64,000 bases of DNA from Planctomycetaceae bacterium (GCA_046349735.1 JAXMBU010000026.1:14746-78745), one strand, 5' to 3'. Positions 39,918-49,440 are shown, counted from the stretch's first letter. Notes: a model not told the origin generated them from the letters alone. Made by a program: numbers and translations.

Positions 39918-39999
39918 TGTGAGCGGCACGGCGCTAGCCGCCGGTGTTTTCCTGTGTTTATGGGACAAATCACCGGTGGCTAGCGCCATTCCGCTCACT
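39918..39999. repeat. Long imperfect inverted repeat (26-nt arms, 24-nt loop) in a divergent intergenic region
   Basis: Arm 39921-39946 (GAGCGGCACGGCGCTAGCCGCCGGTG) pairs with arm 39971-39996 (CACCGGTGGCTAGCGCCATTCCGCTC). That gives 23 Watson-Crick pairs, 1 G-U and 2 mismatches, plus 2 flanking pairs. Confidence 0.75.
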
Positions 40000-40330
40000 G
40001 GCTCCGCGGCAAACAGGAACAATCGGCAGAAATTGCCGAACGATGGCAATGCTCGGCGGTTTGCGCAGATTGCCGTGATTTCCTTGTGTGCACAAACGGT
40101 GTCTTCGTATCTCTAAGTTGAGCTTGGTTGGGATTGGGTGTTGTCTTCTGACTTCCGGACGAAATCATGTAATGACTTCTGCTGCGCGGTTCATGGAAGA
40201 GCTGACGTCAGTTGGTTTGGGATGTCTGAAGAAGATCGTGAGCGACTAGAGGGTCAGATGTTTTGACCCACCGACGAAGACCGTCGTTAGCTCGATCTCA
40301 GCGGACGTCTCCTGATCAGTGACTGATACC

Positions 40331-42043
40331 ATGAGACGAACATTCTGTTGCCATGCGTTGTTGGGTTGTCTGTCGCTTCTCGCGCTGCTTCCTGCTGGCC
40401 TGATGTCACAGGAGCCGGAACTCCCGTTGACCTCAGCTTCGGAAACCAGTCGCCGAAATACAGCGGTGACTCTGAACTATTGTCGGGCCGCCCTGCATCG
40501 GATTCGCCGCGCGCCTTCAAAGCAGGTTCTGCTGGAAGAGCAGCAGCGCATTCTGAACAACCTGGACCTCAACCAGATTGATGATCCGGAAGTGATCAGC
40601 CTTTATCGTTCCATCCTTGATGAAATCGGTCAGGTGGAAATCAGTGATCGCGAACGAGTCGTCATCGGTGAACAATTCCACCGAGGTGTCCAGCGCAAAT
40701 TGGGAACGGACTTCTTCGTGATCGGAGCACAGGCGGCGACGGGGCAGGTTGGTTCCGTGATCCAGTCGGGAGCCAATAGCTGGTGGGATTATCGGTCGAC
40801 TCAAATCAAACGTGACTCCGATCTGTGGCAGGTTGAGAAAACGCAGTTCACCACTTTGATGACGCGATCGTCGACCTTCCTGGACAGCTTCTGGAAGCTT
40901 AGCCGCAAGAATGAGATTCCGGATAAGTGGTTGCTCCGCGATCAGGATCTGGATCAACTGACGGAAACACTGGAAGAGCAGGATCCGGAGCGTCGATTGC
41001 GTATGCTGGCGCGGTCTGAGCGATTTATGGAGTGTTATCCGCCGTACTGGTACTACGTCGCAAGAACGCAGCAACAACTTGGCCGCAATGAAGATGCGGT
41101 GCGTACGTTTGAACTTCTGACGGAAATCGGCGAAGGACATTTTCGTCAGGATGATATGCTGGCCAGCAGCATGGCCAACATGGCACTGATTCAGGAAAGT
41201 GAGCGAAATCCCGAGGCTGCTCGGACGGCGGCTCGAGCCTTTGACTATTCCACTCGCAACTGGGAGGCCAACCTCGTCTGCGCCTGGGTTTTGGGGCGAC
41301 ATGGCGAGTATCGCGACGCGGAAGATCTGATTTTGTGCAATATGGATGATGAACTGGAAACTGACCAAAGCACTGTGGCATTGGTTTCGTTGTATTTTCA
41401 TTCGGCCGACAAGCGAAAGCTGAAGCATCTGCTGGAAGATGAAAGAGTTGTTCGACGCATTCCGATTCCGGGGCTGCTGCTCTGTGCTCGACTGTTGGGA
41501 CCTGATGATCTGCCGCGCGGGGCGGAGACTTATCTGGCGTCTACTCTGACGGCTGTTCCGCGATCCTCCGGCCGAATGAATGCCATCTCTGTTGCGGCGG
41601 CTCGAGGGTGGAAATTGAATGATGCGGAAGCCCTCATCTCCGATGGTTCGCACACGTTTCAATATGCCGGACATCGAGCGATTGAAGAGGGGCTGGAGGT
41701 GAGCTTTACTCCTTCGCTCGAATCAAAATCTTCAGGAGAACTGGGCACGACGCTGAAGATGACGTTGCGATATCCTTCCACGCCGCCGATTCAGATCGTG
41801 TTGACTCGTGAGACGCGCGATGAAGTTGCAGTCAACGACCAGCGCGGCTCCGGTCGATTTCCGTTGTTTGGTGGTTCTCTGCCGGGTTCATCACGATCGC
41901 GTGAAGGGCAGGGGATGTACCGCATTCAGGAGATTGAAGTCGATGGGCTGAGATTGTCTCTGCGGCCATCGTCGTATTCGTCAGACGAGATTCGTGTGCT
42001 GCGGCCAGAGTATCCGGACGATGAACGAACGACGCGCGGATAA
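40331..42043 (+). CDS. Hypothetical secreted protein (570 aa)
   Basis: Signal peptide MRRTFCCHALLGCLSLLALLPAGL from ATG 40331. The central region looks helical and TPR-like. No family recognised. Confidence 0.6.
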   Translation: MRRTFCCHALLGCLSLLALLPAGLMSQEPELPLTSASETSRRNTAVTLNYCRAALHRIRRAPSKQVLLEEQQRILNNLDLNQIDDPEVISLYRSILDEIGQVEISDRERVVIGEQFHRGVQRKLGTDFFVIGAQAATGQVGSVIQSGANSWWDYRSTQIKRDSDLWQVEKTQFTTLMTRSSTFLDSFWKLSRKNEIPDKWLLRDQDLDQLTETLEEQDPERRLRMLARSERFMECYPPYWYYVARTQQQLGRNEDAVRTFELLTEIGEGHFRQDDMLASSMANMALIQESERNPEAARTAARAFDYSTRNWEANLVCAWVLGRHGEYRDAEDLILCNMDDELETDQSTVALVSLYFHSADKRKLKHLLEDERVVRRIPIPGLLLCARLLGPDDLPRGAETYLASTLTAVPRSSGRMNAISVAAARGWKLNDAEALISDGSHTFQYAGHRAIEEGLEVSFTPSLESKSSGELGTTLKMTLRYPSTPPIQIVLTRETRDEVAVNDQRGSGRFPLFGGSLPGSSRSREGQGMYRIQEIEVDGLRLSLRPSSYSSDEIRVLRPEYPDDERTTRG

Positions 42044-42152
42044 CGGTTCGTGTCGTGCAATTTGTGGGTTGGACATTTCTTGTCCGACACGGAATTGACA
42101 GGCAAGAATAATGCCCATCCTACAAGAATGTCGCTGCAGGGAGTGAAGTCAG

Positions 42153-43094
42153 TTACAGCTTCCCGGCGGGAGTATTTTCCGCCAAATCCCGGATCATATC
42201 TCGCGTGGCTGCTTCGACCGCATCCTGCCAACGAGCTTCGCCAAATTGCTCCGCGTAGGGCTTGCGCTGCCACGCGAAGTTGATTCCGCGTGAACTGTTC
42301 ACCACGGCTCCCAGACCGTCGGAGTTGAATGCTCCGGCGGTGTCCGCCGACGTTCCGCCCTGAGCTCCGTAGCCGGGGATCAGAAGCGGCACTGCTGGCA
42401 TTTGTTGACGCAGTTCCTGCAGTTGTGTTGGCCATGTCGCTCCGACGACGGCACCCACGCATCCAAATGTTTGTTCGGGAGATCGAGTGGATTCGCTGAG
42501 CTTTTGCACGGTGGCTGCAACAGTGCAGTACAACGGTTGTCCCTCGGACACTCGATCCTGAAACTCGGCAGCTCCAGGATTGCTGGTCCGCACCAGAACA
42601 TACAACCCGGCTCCTCGTTTTGCGGCCAGCTTGACGAAAGGCTCCAGCGAGTCCGTGCCGAGATAGGGGTTGATCGTCAAGGCATCGGCCGACCATGGAG
42701 CGGCGTCCGGATCTTCACCAGCCAGCCATGCATCGGCGTAAGCTTCCGCCGTGGTTCCGATGTCTCCGCGTTTCGCATCCGCGATCACGATTAGCTCGGA
42801 TTTTCGAGCATAGCGAATGACGGAGTGCAGGGCCTGAAACCCGGCGACACCCAGTTGTTCAAAGAAAGCAACCTGAGGCTTTACGGCGGGGACCAAAGGA
42901 CTAACGATATCAATCAGTTGCTTGGAGAAGGCTTCGAATCCCAAAGCGGTCCGTTCCACGATATTTGAGGATCGGGATTCTGCGGCGGAGCGGACGTCGG
43001 CTGGCAGCCAATCCCATCTGGGGTCAATTCCGACCAGGGCTGGCGTACGGCAGGACAGGATTCGGTCGTTCAGGCGTTGGGAGTAGCCGGGCAT
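42153..43094 (-). CDS. pyrF: Orotidine 5'-phosphate decarboxylase, type 2
   Basis: 313 aa. Contains LVGIDPR, ADAKRGDIGTTAEAY and the long type-2 architecture. Confidence 0.9.
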   Translation of the reverse strand: MPGYSQRLNDRILSCRTPALVGIDPRWDWLPADVRSAAESRSSNIVERTALGFEAFSKQLIDIVSPLVPAVKPQVAFFEQLGVAGFQALHSVIRYARKSELIVIADAKRGDIGTTAEAYADAWLAGEDPDAAPWSADALTINPYLGTDSLEPFVKLAAKRGAGLYVLVRTSNPGAAEFQDRVSEGQPLYCTVAATVQKLSESTRSPEQTFGCVGAVVGATWPTQLQELRQQMPAVPLLIPGYGAQGGTSADTAGAFNSDGLGAVVNSSRGINFAWQRKPYAEQFGEARWQDAVEAATRDMIRDLAENTPAGKL

Positions 43095-43258
43095 CGTAAT
43101 CTCAAAACGGGGGCAGAGTACTCAGTCACAAATTCAAACGATATGGTCCGCAGCAGCAGCAGTATGTTCGCCGACTGATTCATGTTTGCAACTCGAACGG
43201 AACCGGCAGTTTCAGACCGTACATTTTGAGAAACTCGGAGCCTGATGAGGGACACCGC

Positions 43259-44014
43259 ATGACACGATGCCTGATTGCACTGGGGGGCAACATCAATGCG
43301 TCCGAAGCTGTTTTCCGGGAAGCGATGCAGCGACTGGAACGGCCTGGACTTGTAGTCGAACAGTTGAGTCGACCGTTCGTGACACGTCCTGTGGGTTCTG
43401 CCGCCGGCGAGGAGTACGTGAACGCGGCGGCAGTGCTGAAATGTACTCTCGCCCCGATGTCGCTTCTGAAGACACTGCACGAGGTCGAAGATGGCTTCGG
43501 ACGCGAACGCACAATTCACTGGGGGCCGCGGACTCTGGATCTGGATCTGTGTCTGTTCGGGGATGAAGTCATTGAAAGTGAATCGCTCGTCGTGCCTCAT
43601 CCCGCCATGTGGTATCGGCGTTTTGTGCTCGATCCGGCCGTTGAAGTGGCTGGCTCGATGAGACATCCCATTCTGGGCCAAACCATGGATGAACTCAAAA
43701 GCGATGCAATGGCAAGACCGCTCAGGGTTGAAATGTCGTCCGATACACACTCCGATGATGAACTGCTGTTCGTTGTTCAGACGCTGCGGGCGGAGGGCGA
43801 TGGTCTTCGAGGCGTCGACATTTTGCTGTCAGCCCAATCGTTGCCTCTGAATTCAACCATGTTTGCCCGCCTGATCATCGAAACAACCCAGAGCGATGCG
43901 AGAGCGCGTCGGCAGCCTGCGAATGAATTGTGCCGTCAAGTTCGGTTCCGGTGCGCTTCGATGGAGGACCTTGAACAGCAAATGCAGCAATTCTTTGTTG
44001 CCGCGTTGGGTTAG
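43259..44014 (+). CDS. folK: 2-amino-4-hydroxy-6-hydroxymethyldihydropterin pyrophosphokinase (HPPK) with a C-terminal extension
   Basis: Contains MTRCLIALGGN and GPRTLDLDLCLFGDEVIESESLVVPHPAMWYRRFVL. About 100 extra residues follow the HPPK core. Confidence 0.88.
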   Translation: MTRCLIALGGNINASEAVFREAMQRLERPGLVVEQLSRPFVTRPVGSAAGEEYVNAAAVLKCTLAPMSLLKTLHEVEDGFGRERTIHWGPRTLDLDLCLFGDEVIESESLVVPHPAMWYRRFVLDPAVEVAGSMRHPILGQTMDELKSDAMARPLRVEMSSDTHSDDELLFVVQTLRAEGDGLRGVDILLSAQSLPLNSTMFARLIIETTQSDARARRQPANELCRQVRFRCASMEDLEQQMQQFFVAALG

Positions 44015-44069
44015 ACACGGGTGAGATTGAAATCAAGGGATTCGGCGGACTGTTGAGTCGAGGGGCACT

Positions 44070-45377
44070 TCAGCGAGCTCTGGAATCTGGAAGCACGATG
44101 ACGGGTGATTCCTGAGCCCTGGCGAGGTTTCCGACAGTGATGATGTCCTGAATCGATTCTTCAAACTTCTGATTAGCTTCGCCGAGTGCATTCTGGACAA
44201 CGGCCCCCATTTGCAGGGCATTGGAGAACTGTCCTCCTCCCAGGCCGAGTCCTTCCACGAGGCCTGCAATTTCTTTGACCTGCGGATCATTCTCAATGGC
44301 TTCAACCTGCCCCGGCTTGACGTCGGCTGCGGTGGACGTTTCGCCACTGGAGAGCAGAAGCCTCCATTGGCCGTTATTGCCCTTCCGAAACAAACGACGA
44401 GTGACCGTGGCTGAGCCCGAGGTAACATCAAACTCGAAGCCAGACAGAACGACGGTTGAATGTTTATTTGAATCGGCGATTCGACCGGCCGCTGCTGGAA
44501 GCGTGTCGTCTGGTGGAGCCTGCTGTTGTCGTGGCAGACCTTCGTTGAGAAGTTCTCCTACCAGGCTTTGGACATTTCCTCCCAACATTGAATTGAGCAG
44601 CAAGCTCAGGTCTGGCTTGGTGGATTCGTCAAGGACTGTCGAGCCCGTCTGAATCAGCCGGGATGCTGAATTCGTCCGCAAGTCGACAGCTGCCAGGATT
44701 TTCTCCAGATTCTCCTCGTCGTTGTTCGTTGCCAGGGGGGCTGTCAGCTTTCGGTTAGCGGCCGGGATCGCCTGAAGCTGTTGGGCAATCGACTTCCAAT
44801 GCGTCTCTTCGATGTCCTGAAGATCGTTCAGAAGTGCCAGACGGCAGAGTTCACGACGAGCTTCTGACTGAGATTCGATATTGGTCACTCGGGATTTGGG
44901 TAGTTCAAGAACGATAAATCCGGGTTCGTCGACTTCGTCCGGGGTGAGTCGGGCGAGAATCTCTTTCAGAAGCCCGATGCGTTGAGGCTCCTCCGGGACC
45001 GCTGCTTTGGCGAGATCGATTTCCTTCTGCAGGTTCTCCGCCAGCGAGGCATAGGGCGTTGTCTTCGACTCCTTTATGCATGGCAACACATCTTTTTCGT
45101 AAAACTCCGCAGCGTTTGTCCTCATCCATGTTGTGTTCACCAGGAGACGTGTTGGTTTCCTGCCCAGCAACAAGCCCCAGATTTGTGTGTTGTCATTGAG
45201 GCTGATTTTGTCAACCACGCGGTCTCGAAATGATCGGGCGTTCGGCGAGGGGGTTTGTCCCTCCGCGGGTGTCGCGTAACTCATCACGGACGTCAGTAAT
45301 AACAGGCCATGGAGAACAGCCTTGAGCAAAGTGGGTTTGAGGGAGAGCCAGGGATACTTCATTCGCTTGAAACTCAT
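44070..45377 (-). CDS. Hypothetical secreted protein (~435 aa)
   Basis: Signal peptide region MSFKRMKYPWLSLKPTLLKAVLHGLLLLTSVMSYA (start at 45377 or 45362; the ORF opens at 45500). No family recognised. Confidence 0.55.
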   Translation of the reverse strand: MSFKRMKYPWLSLKPTLLKAVLHGLLLLTSVMSYATPAEGQTPSPNARSFRDRVVDKISLNDNTQIWGLLLGRKPTRLLVNTTWMRTNAAEFYEKDVLPCIKESKTTPYASLAENLQKEIDLAKAAVPEEPQRIGLLKEILARLTPDEVDEPGFIVLELPKSRVTNIESQSEARRELCRLALLNDLQDIEETHWKSIAQQLQAIPAANRKLTAPLATNNDEENLEKILAAVDLRTNSASRLIQTGSTVLDESTKPDLSLLLNSMLGGNVQSLVGELLNEGLPRQQQAPPDDTLPAAAGRIADSNKHSTVVLSGFEFDVTSGSATVTRRLFRKGNNGQWRLLLSSGETSTAADVKPGQVEAIENDPQVKEIAGLVEGLGLGGGQFSNALQMGAVVQNALGEANQKFEESIQDIITVGNLARAQESPVIVLPDSRAR

Positions 45378-45628
45378 TGTCGTTGTCCCTCCAACTCCAT
45401 GGCGTATGTCTGATTTTGTTGTCATCGCGACTAAACATTCTGTAAAGAAACCGGGACGTAGCAACGAAAAGGGCATTGAAGTGTGGAGAAAACTCATCAT
45501 CGTCAGATGACGGCGCGTCGTTTGCTCTCAATAGGATTTCAAGATCAGCACCTCTGCGATTCTTTTGGGCCATTGACACAGCTATTGTTCTGATCCTCGA
45601 TCAGCTTGAGTTCGCATCCTCCCGCCTG

Positions 45629-46072
45629 ATGACACCAGCAATTCCAAACTCAACCAATCCACCTGCATGGCTGCGTTGGTTTGTCAACGACGCCGTTCGT
45701 GGCGTGGTTGATCGCCACGTGACCGCGCCGATTGGCTGTCATTTCTTCCATGATACGGAAACGGATTCATGGGAGGTTTCTCTGTTTGTCTCGCGAACTG
45801 AGGTTTGTGGTGGTCCGGCTGATGGTCGACAAGTGCCGTCAGGACTGCAAATTGATATTCTGGCGGTCTGTGCTGCATTTGATTCACCTCCGGCGATTTA
45901 CTGGCAGGCCGAGAAAATTGCTCATGATGATGAGTTGGGCAATCACTTATCGTTTGAAGGTCTTGCTCGGGGTTCAAACGTGTGGCTGAGAATACTGCAA
46001 AATGCGCCTGACTGGGCAGGTCCCGGTCGTCTCGTGCATGCGAGCACAGGCAGCATTGAAGACGTTTGGTAA
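45629..46072 (+). CDS. Hypothetical protein (147 aa)
   Basis: ATG 45629 (MTPAIPNSTNPPAWLRW); the ORF opens at 45476. Divergent from the previous gene. No family recognised. Confidence 0.45.
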   Translation: MTPAIPNSTNPPAWLRWFVNDAVRGVVDRHVTAPIGCHFFHDTETDSWEVSLFVSRTEVCGGPADGRQVPSGLQIDILAVCAAFDSPPAIYWQAEKIAHDDELGNHLSFEGLARGSNVWLRILQNAPDWAGPGRLVHASTGSIEDVW

Positions 46073-46125
46073 CGACTTGACACAAGGTCAACGTGCTTTA
46101 AACGGTGTTAATCGTTTCGGATCGT

Positions 46126-46962
46126 CTATTTTTGGCAACCCGAACAGAAAAAAGTGGCTCGCTGTGCCTGAACGATCCTCTGGATCTCCGCTTTACCGCA
46201 GCGTAAACAACGCATTCCGGCTTTCTGATAAACTTGATGGTGGTTCTGGTAACTGCCGTCCTTGTTCAGCGCATTCCTGTAGGTGCCGTCATTCAGCGTT
46301 GAGCCTTCATAACGAATCGCTTCATTCAGAATGTGATGCGTGGCCTCGTTGAGCTTTGCGATCTGTTTCGCGGTCAAAGTCGCAGAGCTGCGAAGGGGGC
46401 TGATCCCGGAACGATACAGGATCTCGCTGGCGTAAAGGTTGCCAATCCCTGCTACTAATGACTGATCCAGCAATGCGACCTTAATCTCACGCGAAGTTTT
46501 GGAGAGGCGTTGCTTCCATTGCTCTTCGGAGATTTCCAGAGCGTCAGGCCCGAGCGTCTCACGTAATTTCACAAGCTGTTCGGGCGTAAGCAACGCCAGA
46601 GTTCCCAGGCCTCGTCGATCCCAGAACTCCATCTGACAGGCACGGTTAGGAGTGGGTTCAAAATGCCACACAACACGACGGTGTTCCGGTGTTGGCGGTT
46701 CAGAAATCAAAAGCAGCCCTGTCATCCGGGGTTCGATCACGAGTGAGTCCCGGGAATCCAGCTCCAGGAGAATTCTCTTGGCCAACCGGTGAACATTCTC
46801 GATGCGACGTCCCTGAAGTCGCCGCGCGACCGTATTTCGCTGCGGCGAGACGGAAATCGGTTTTCGTGGCCCCCGAACGAATTCCACGGAAGAAATGATT
46901 CGACCGCTACAATCGTTGCGAACGCCACGAACCATTGTTTCGACTTCGGGGAGTTCCGGCAT
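46126..46962 (-). CDS. mutM: Formamidopyrimidine-DNA glycosylase (Fpg/MutM)
   Basis: N-terminal MPELPEVE, H2TH region and a C-terminal zinc finger CLRCG...CSGCQ. Confidence 0.93.
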   Translation of the reverse strand: MPELPEVETMVRGVRNDCSGRIISSVEFVRGPRKPISVSPQRNTVARRLQGRRIENVHRLAKRILLELDSRDSLVIEPRMTGLLLISEPPTPEHRRVVWHFEPTPNRACQMEFWDRRGLGTLALLTPEQLVKLRETLGPDALEISEEQWKQRLSKTSREIKVALLDQSLVAGIGNLYASEILYRSGISPLRSSATLTAKQIAKLNEATHHILNEAIRYEGSTLNDGTYRNALNKDGSYQNHHQVYQKAGMRCLRCGKAEIQRIVQAQRATFFCSGCQK

Positions 46963-47085
46963 CGACTCACCCTGGAGACAAAGATCGATTCATCGGGAAG
47001 GTTTGAGATTCAAGGTCAGGCATTCAGAGCGTTGGACTTGCAGGTGAAAGTCTACGCGTTCTCGTCAAAAGTGAATTGATGCACT

Positions 47086-47153
47086 GTAGCCGGATTGGTG
47101 AGAATTCGGGAAGTCTGTCGCCAATGACTCCGAATTCTCAAGCAACTCCGGCG
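47086..47153. repeat. Palindromic intergenic repeat element, copy A (REP/MITE-like)
   Basis: Inner stem GAGAATTCGG (47100-47109) / CCGAATTCTC (47130-47139), perfect, with a 20-nt loop. Outer stem GCCGGA (47089-47094) / TCCGGC (47147-47152). The 24-mer 47086-47109 matches 62222-62245 at 22/24. Confidence 0.65.
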
Positions 47154-47550
47154 TGTTGATTTCAACAGCCGGAACGCGTTAGCGTCCGGTTTTCGCCCCA
47201 GAAACGCAGCAAAAACAACCGGGGGCTAACGCCCGGCGGCTGATGAAACGACGAAATCAAAGAAATCAACACTCCGTCTCACGACAAGCGAATTGAAATG
47301 GAACAGGGTCCCGGGAACCCGTTTTCCCGAGTGAATCTGACACAGACAGTTCGGTTGGAACGATCATTGGCTGCGGGAGAACAGGTACGTCGAGGAATTA
47401 GAGGAATCTTCTTGACGCTGAGTGTTCGCACGACGATCCTAGACAAAGGTTTTTCGTGCCGTGCGCGGGCGTGTGCGCAGTTTTTGCTGTCTCCCGGAAA
47501 GCTGTCCGATTTCTGTCCGTGCTTTGTTCGGTTCTTTTGAGGTCATCCAG

Positions 47551-49251
47551 ATGCCACTGTTTGATTCCGTCTTCTCCAGTTCAAGTCCTTGTTTCCGACG
47601 GTTCCTGCGAGGAGGCGCAACGTTCGCCTTTGGCTGTGCAGTGCTTGCCTCGAACAGCATTGGTTTTGCTGGCGAAAGTGATAAGCCTGCTGCGTCGCAG
47701 ATGGAACCGGGCCGATTGCGAATGGAGGCTCGACTGGCGGCAGAGCAGGGCGATTTTCGCACAGCTGCCGAAAACCTTGAAGCCGCTGCATTGAAAGTCG
47801 GCGACCGAAAAACAGCCGACCGTGCTCGAGCGAGCCGCGAGAAGCTGGAAGCTGGTGGTGGTGCTCAGCTCGACTTTGATTCATTGATTCAGCTCATTAT
47901 GGAGCAGACCAGTCCTCCGGCCACATGGGAAGAGGATGGGGGAGACTTCGGTACGATTACACCGTTCTTCCAGGGCGTGTTTTTCGGAACGCCGTCAATG
48001 GCCTGTGCCTTGACGATGACTTATGACAACTCCCGTTTGCTGGCCGCTGCTGAGCTGGCTCGCACTTCGAATCCCAACGACGATGTCCAGGAATCTTCCG
48101 AACTGCGTTTGGTTTCTTTACCTCGTTTGGAGCAGCATGTTAAGAGTCTGATGGCGGCTGGTCAGCCGATTCCAGATGATGTCGCCTGCCTCGCTGGTCT
48201 GACCGAAGTTCAGTTCCTGTTTGTGTTTCCGGAAACGCAGGACGTTGTGATTGGTGGTCCAGCCGGCGCCTGGAAGAATGCTGACAACCAGCGCAGCGTG
48301 AGTGTATCGAACGGTCGTCCGACGCTTCGATTCGACGACCTTGTCACCTTGAGCCGTACGTTTGCTCCGGGCGGTTCTGGCTTTTTTATGTGTTCTATTG
48401 ATCCGAAGCCGGAGCAGGTCAAGGCCGTTCGGGACTACGCAGCGAAGACCGAACTGACCTCAGGCAACGTCCGCAAAGTGACGGACAAACTCGAAGAAAT
48501 GCTGGGGCTCCAGAATGTGATCGTCCAGGGGATCCCTCAGGACTCTCGAGTCGCGAGTGTAATTGTTGAAGCCGACTACCAGATGAAGTTGATTGGCATT
48601 GGCGAACGCGAAGGCGCTGAGGGAATGAAGAGCTACTTCGATCTGGTCAGTCGAGCCGAACGCAAGGGCTCCGCGATGGATGCTCTGCGATGGTGGATGA
48701 CGGTGGGATATGATTCCATCCACGTTTCGCCCGACCGTCAGTCGTTTGAATTTAATGGCAAAGAAGTTCAGTGCCAGTCAGAAAATCAGTTGGTTGCCTC
48801 TGATGGAACTCGTCAGGCCACTGGCAAGGCGGACAATGCGAACACCGAGTTTGCTCGATTGTTCACCGAGCATCTGCCGGAATTGTCTGCTCAGGATGTA
48901 GTCTTCGCTGACCTGCAAAACGTCTTTGATTTGGGCTTGGCAACAGCTCTGGTCCATACGATGGGATTGAATCGACAGGTCGGCTGGCAGCCTGAAGTTC
49001 TGGGAGCAGCGGGAAGTTATTCTCCGGCACCCGTAGAAGTACCGGCCGAACTGATGACAGCCGCCAGCAGTCGAGTATACGGCGGTCGCGAAATCGTGAT
49101 TCAGGTGGCCGGTGGCGTGCGAGGTGACCTGCGAAGTGTGGTCAAGAACCCGGACAATTTCGAAGTTTCTGCCGAGGTTGTGAAGAAGGCAATCGAATCC
49201 AATCCTGTAGGCCAGTCAGGCCGCTGGTGGTGGGATGCGGCTGCTCGTTAA
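47551..49251 (+). CDS. Hypothetical secreted protein (566 aa)
   Basis: ATG 47551 with signal-like FLRGGATFAFGCAVLASNSIGFA; the ORF opens at 47461. Reminiscent of planctomycete-specific DUF families, but none is confidently assigned. Confidence 0.6.
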   Translation: MPLFDSVFSSSSPCFRRFLRGGATFAFGCAVLASNSIGFAGESDKPAASQMEPGRLRMEARLAAEQGDFRTAAENLEAAALKVGDRKTADRARASREKLEAGGGAQLDFDSLIQLIMEQTSPPATWEEDGGDFGTITPFFQGVFFGTPSMACALTMTYDNSRLLAAAELARTSNPNDDVQESSELRLVSLPRLEQHVKSLMAAGQPIPDDVACLAGLTEVQFLFVFPETQDVVIGGPAGAWKNADNQRSVSVSNGRPTLRFDDLVTLSRTFAPGGSGFFMCSIDPKPEQVKAVRDYAAKTELTSGNVRKVTDKLEEMLGLQNVIVQGIPQDSRVASVIVEADYQMKLIGIGEREGAEGMKSYFDLVSRAERKGSAMDALRWWMTVGYDSIHVSPDRQSFEFNGKEVQCQSENQLVASDGTRQATGKADNANTEFARLFTEHLPELSAQDVVFADLQNVFDLGLATALVHTMGLNRQVGWQPEVLGAAGSYSPAPVEVPAELMTAASSRVYGGREIVIQVAGGVRGDLRSVVKNPDNFEVSAEVVKKAIESNPVGQSGRWWWDAAAR

Positions 49252-49327
49252 TTCGGGTGCCGGGCTACTGCAGCTGGGACTTGGTTTTCGCTGTGCCAGG
49301 GGGCCTTGAATTACTGTAAAAACTACG

Positions 49328-49364
49328 AGAGCGAAGGCTAATGGCCTTCGCTCTTTGTGTTTTT
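49328..49364 (+). terminator. Rho-independent terminator
   Basis: AGAGCGAAGGC (49328-49338) pairs with GCCTTCGCTCT (49344-49354), with a 5-nt loop. A T-rich tract TTGTGTTTTT follows. Confidence 0.7.
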
Positions 49365-49413
49365 CTGGCCGACGTTATTGCACGGTTGAGTTTCCCGGTA
49401 ATCTGGAGTTTCC

Positions 49414-49440
49414 GGGGTTGAAGCCGTAACCCCGCTTTTC
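49414..49440 (+). terminator. Second terminator-like hairpin in the cysH leader
   Basis: GGGGTT (49414-49419) pairs with AACCCC (49428-49433), with an 8-nt loop. GCTTTTCC follows. It lies 130 nt upstream of the cysH ATG. Confidence 0.35.

Noticed and set aside
39917-39928. TGTGAGCGG, which resembles the E. coli lac operator half-site.
   Set aside because: It is a short coincidental match. It forms part of the long inverted repeat described above, and no LacI-family gene is nearby.
40517-41674. A 385-aa ORF antisense to the 570-aa orphan gene.
   Set aside because: This rejection is less secure because the sense ORF is itself an orphan. The sense ORF is longer, starts with a clean signal peptide and has a balanced composition. 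The antisense one is Arg/Ser/Gln-rich with no start context.
42049-42091. A nested hairpin (CGTGTCG...CGACACG with inner GGACA-tttct-TGTCC) between convergent genes, considered as a bidirectional terminator.
   Set aside because: There is no U-run on either strand and the outer stem is imperfect. It is plausible but not supported well enough to list as a feature.
41926-42696. A 256-aa ORF on the same strand as pyrF but in another frame.
   Set aside because: pyrF motifs (ADAKRGDIG and others) define the real frame. The alternative frame is Arg/Ser/Gly-rich.
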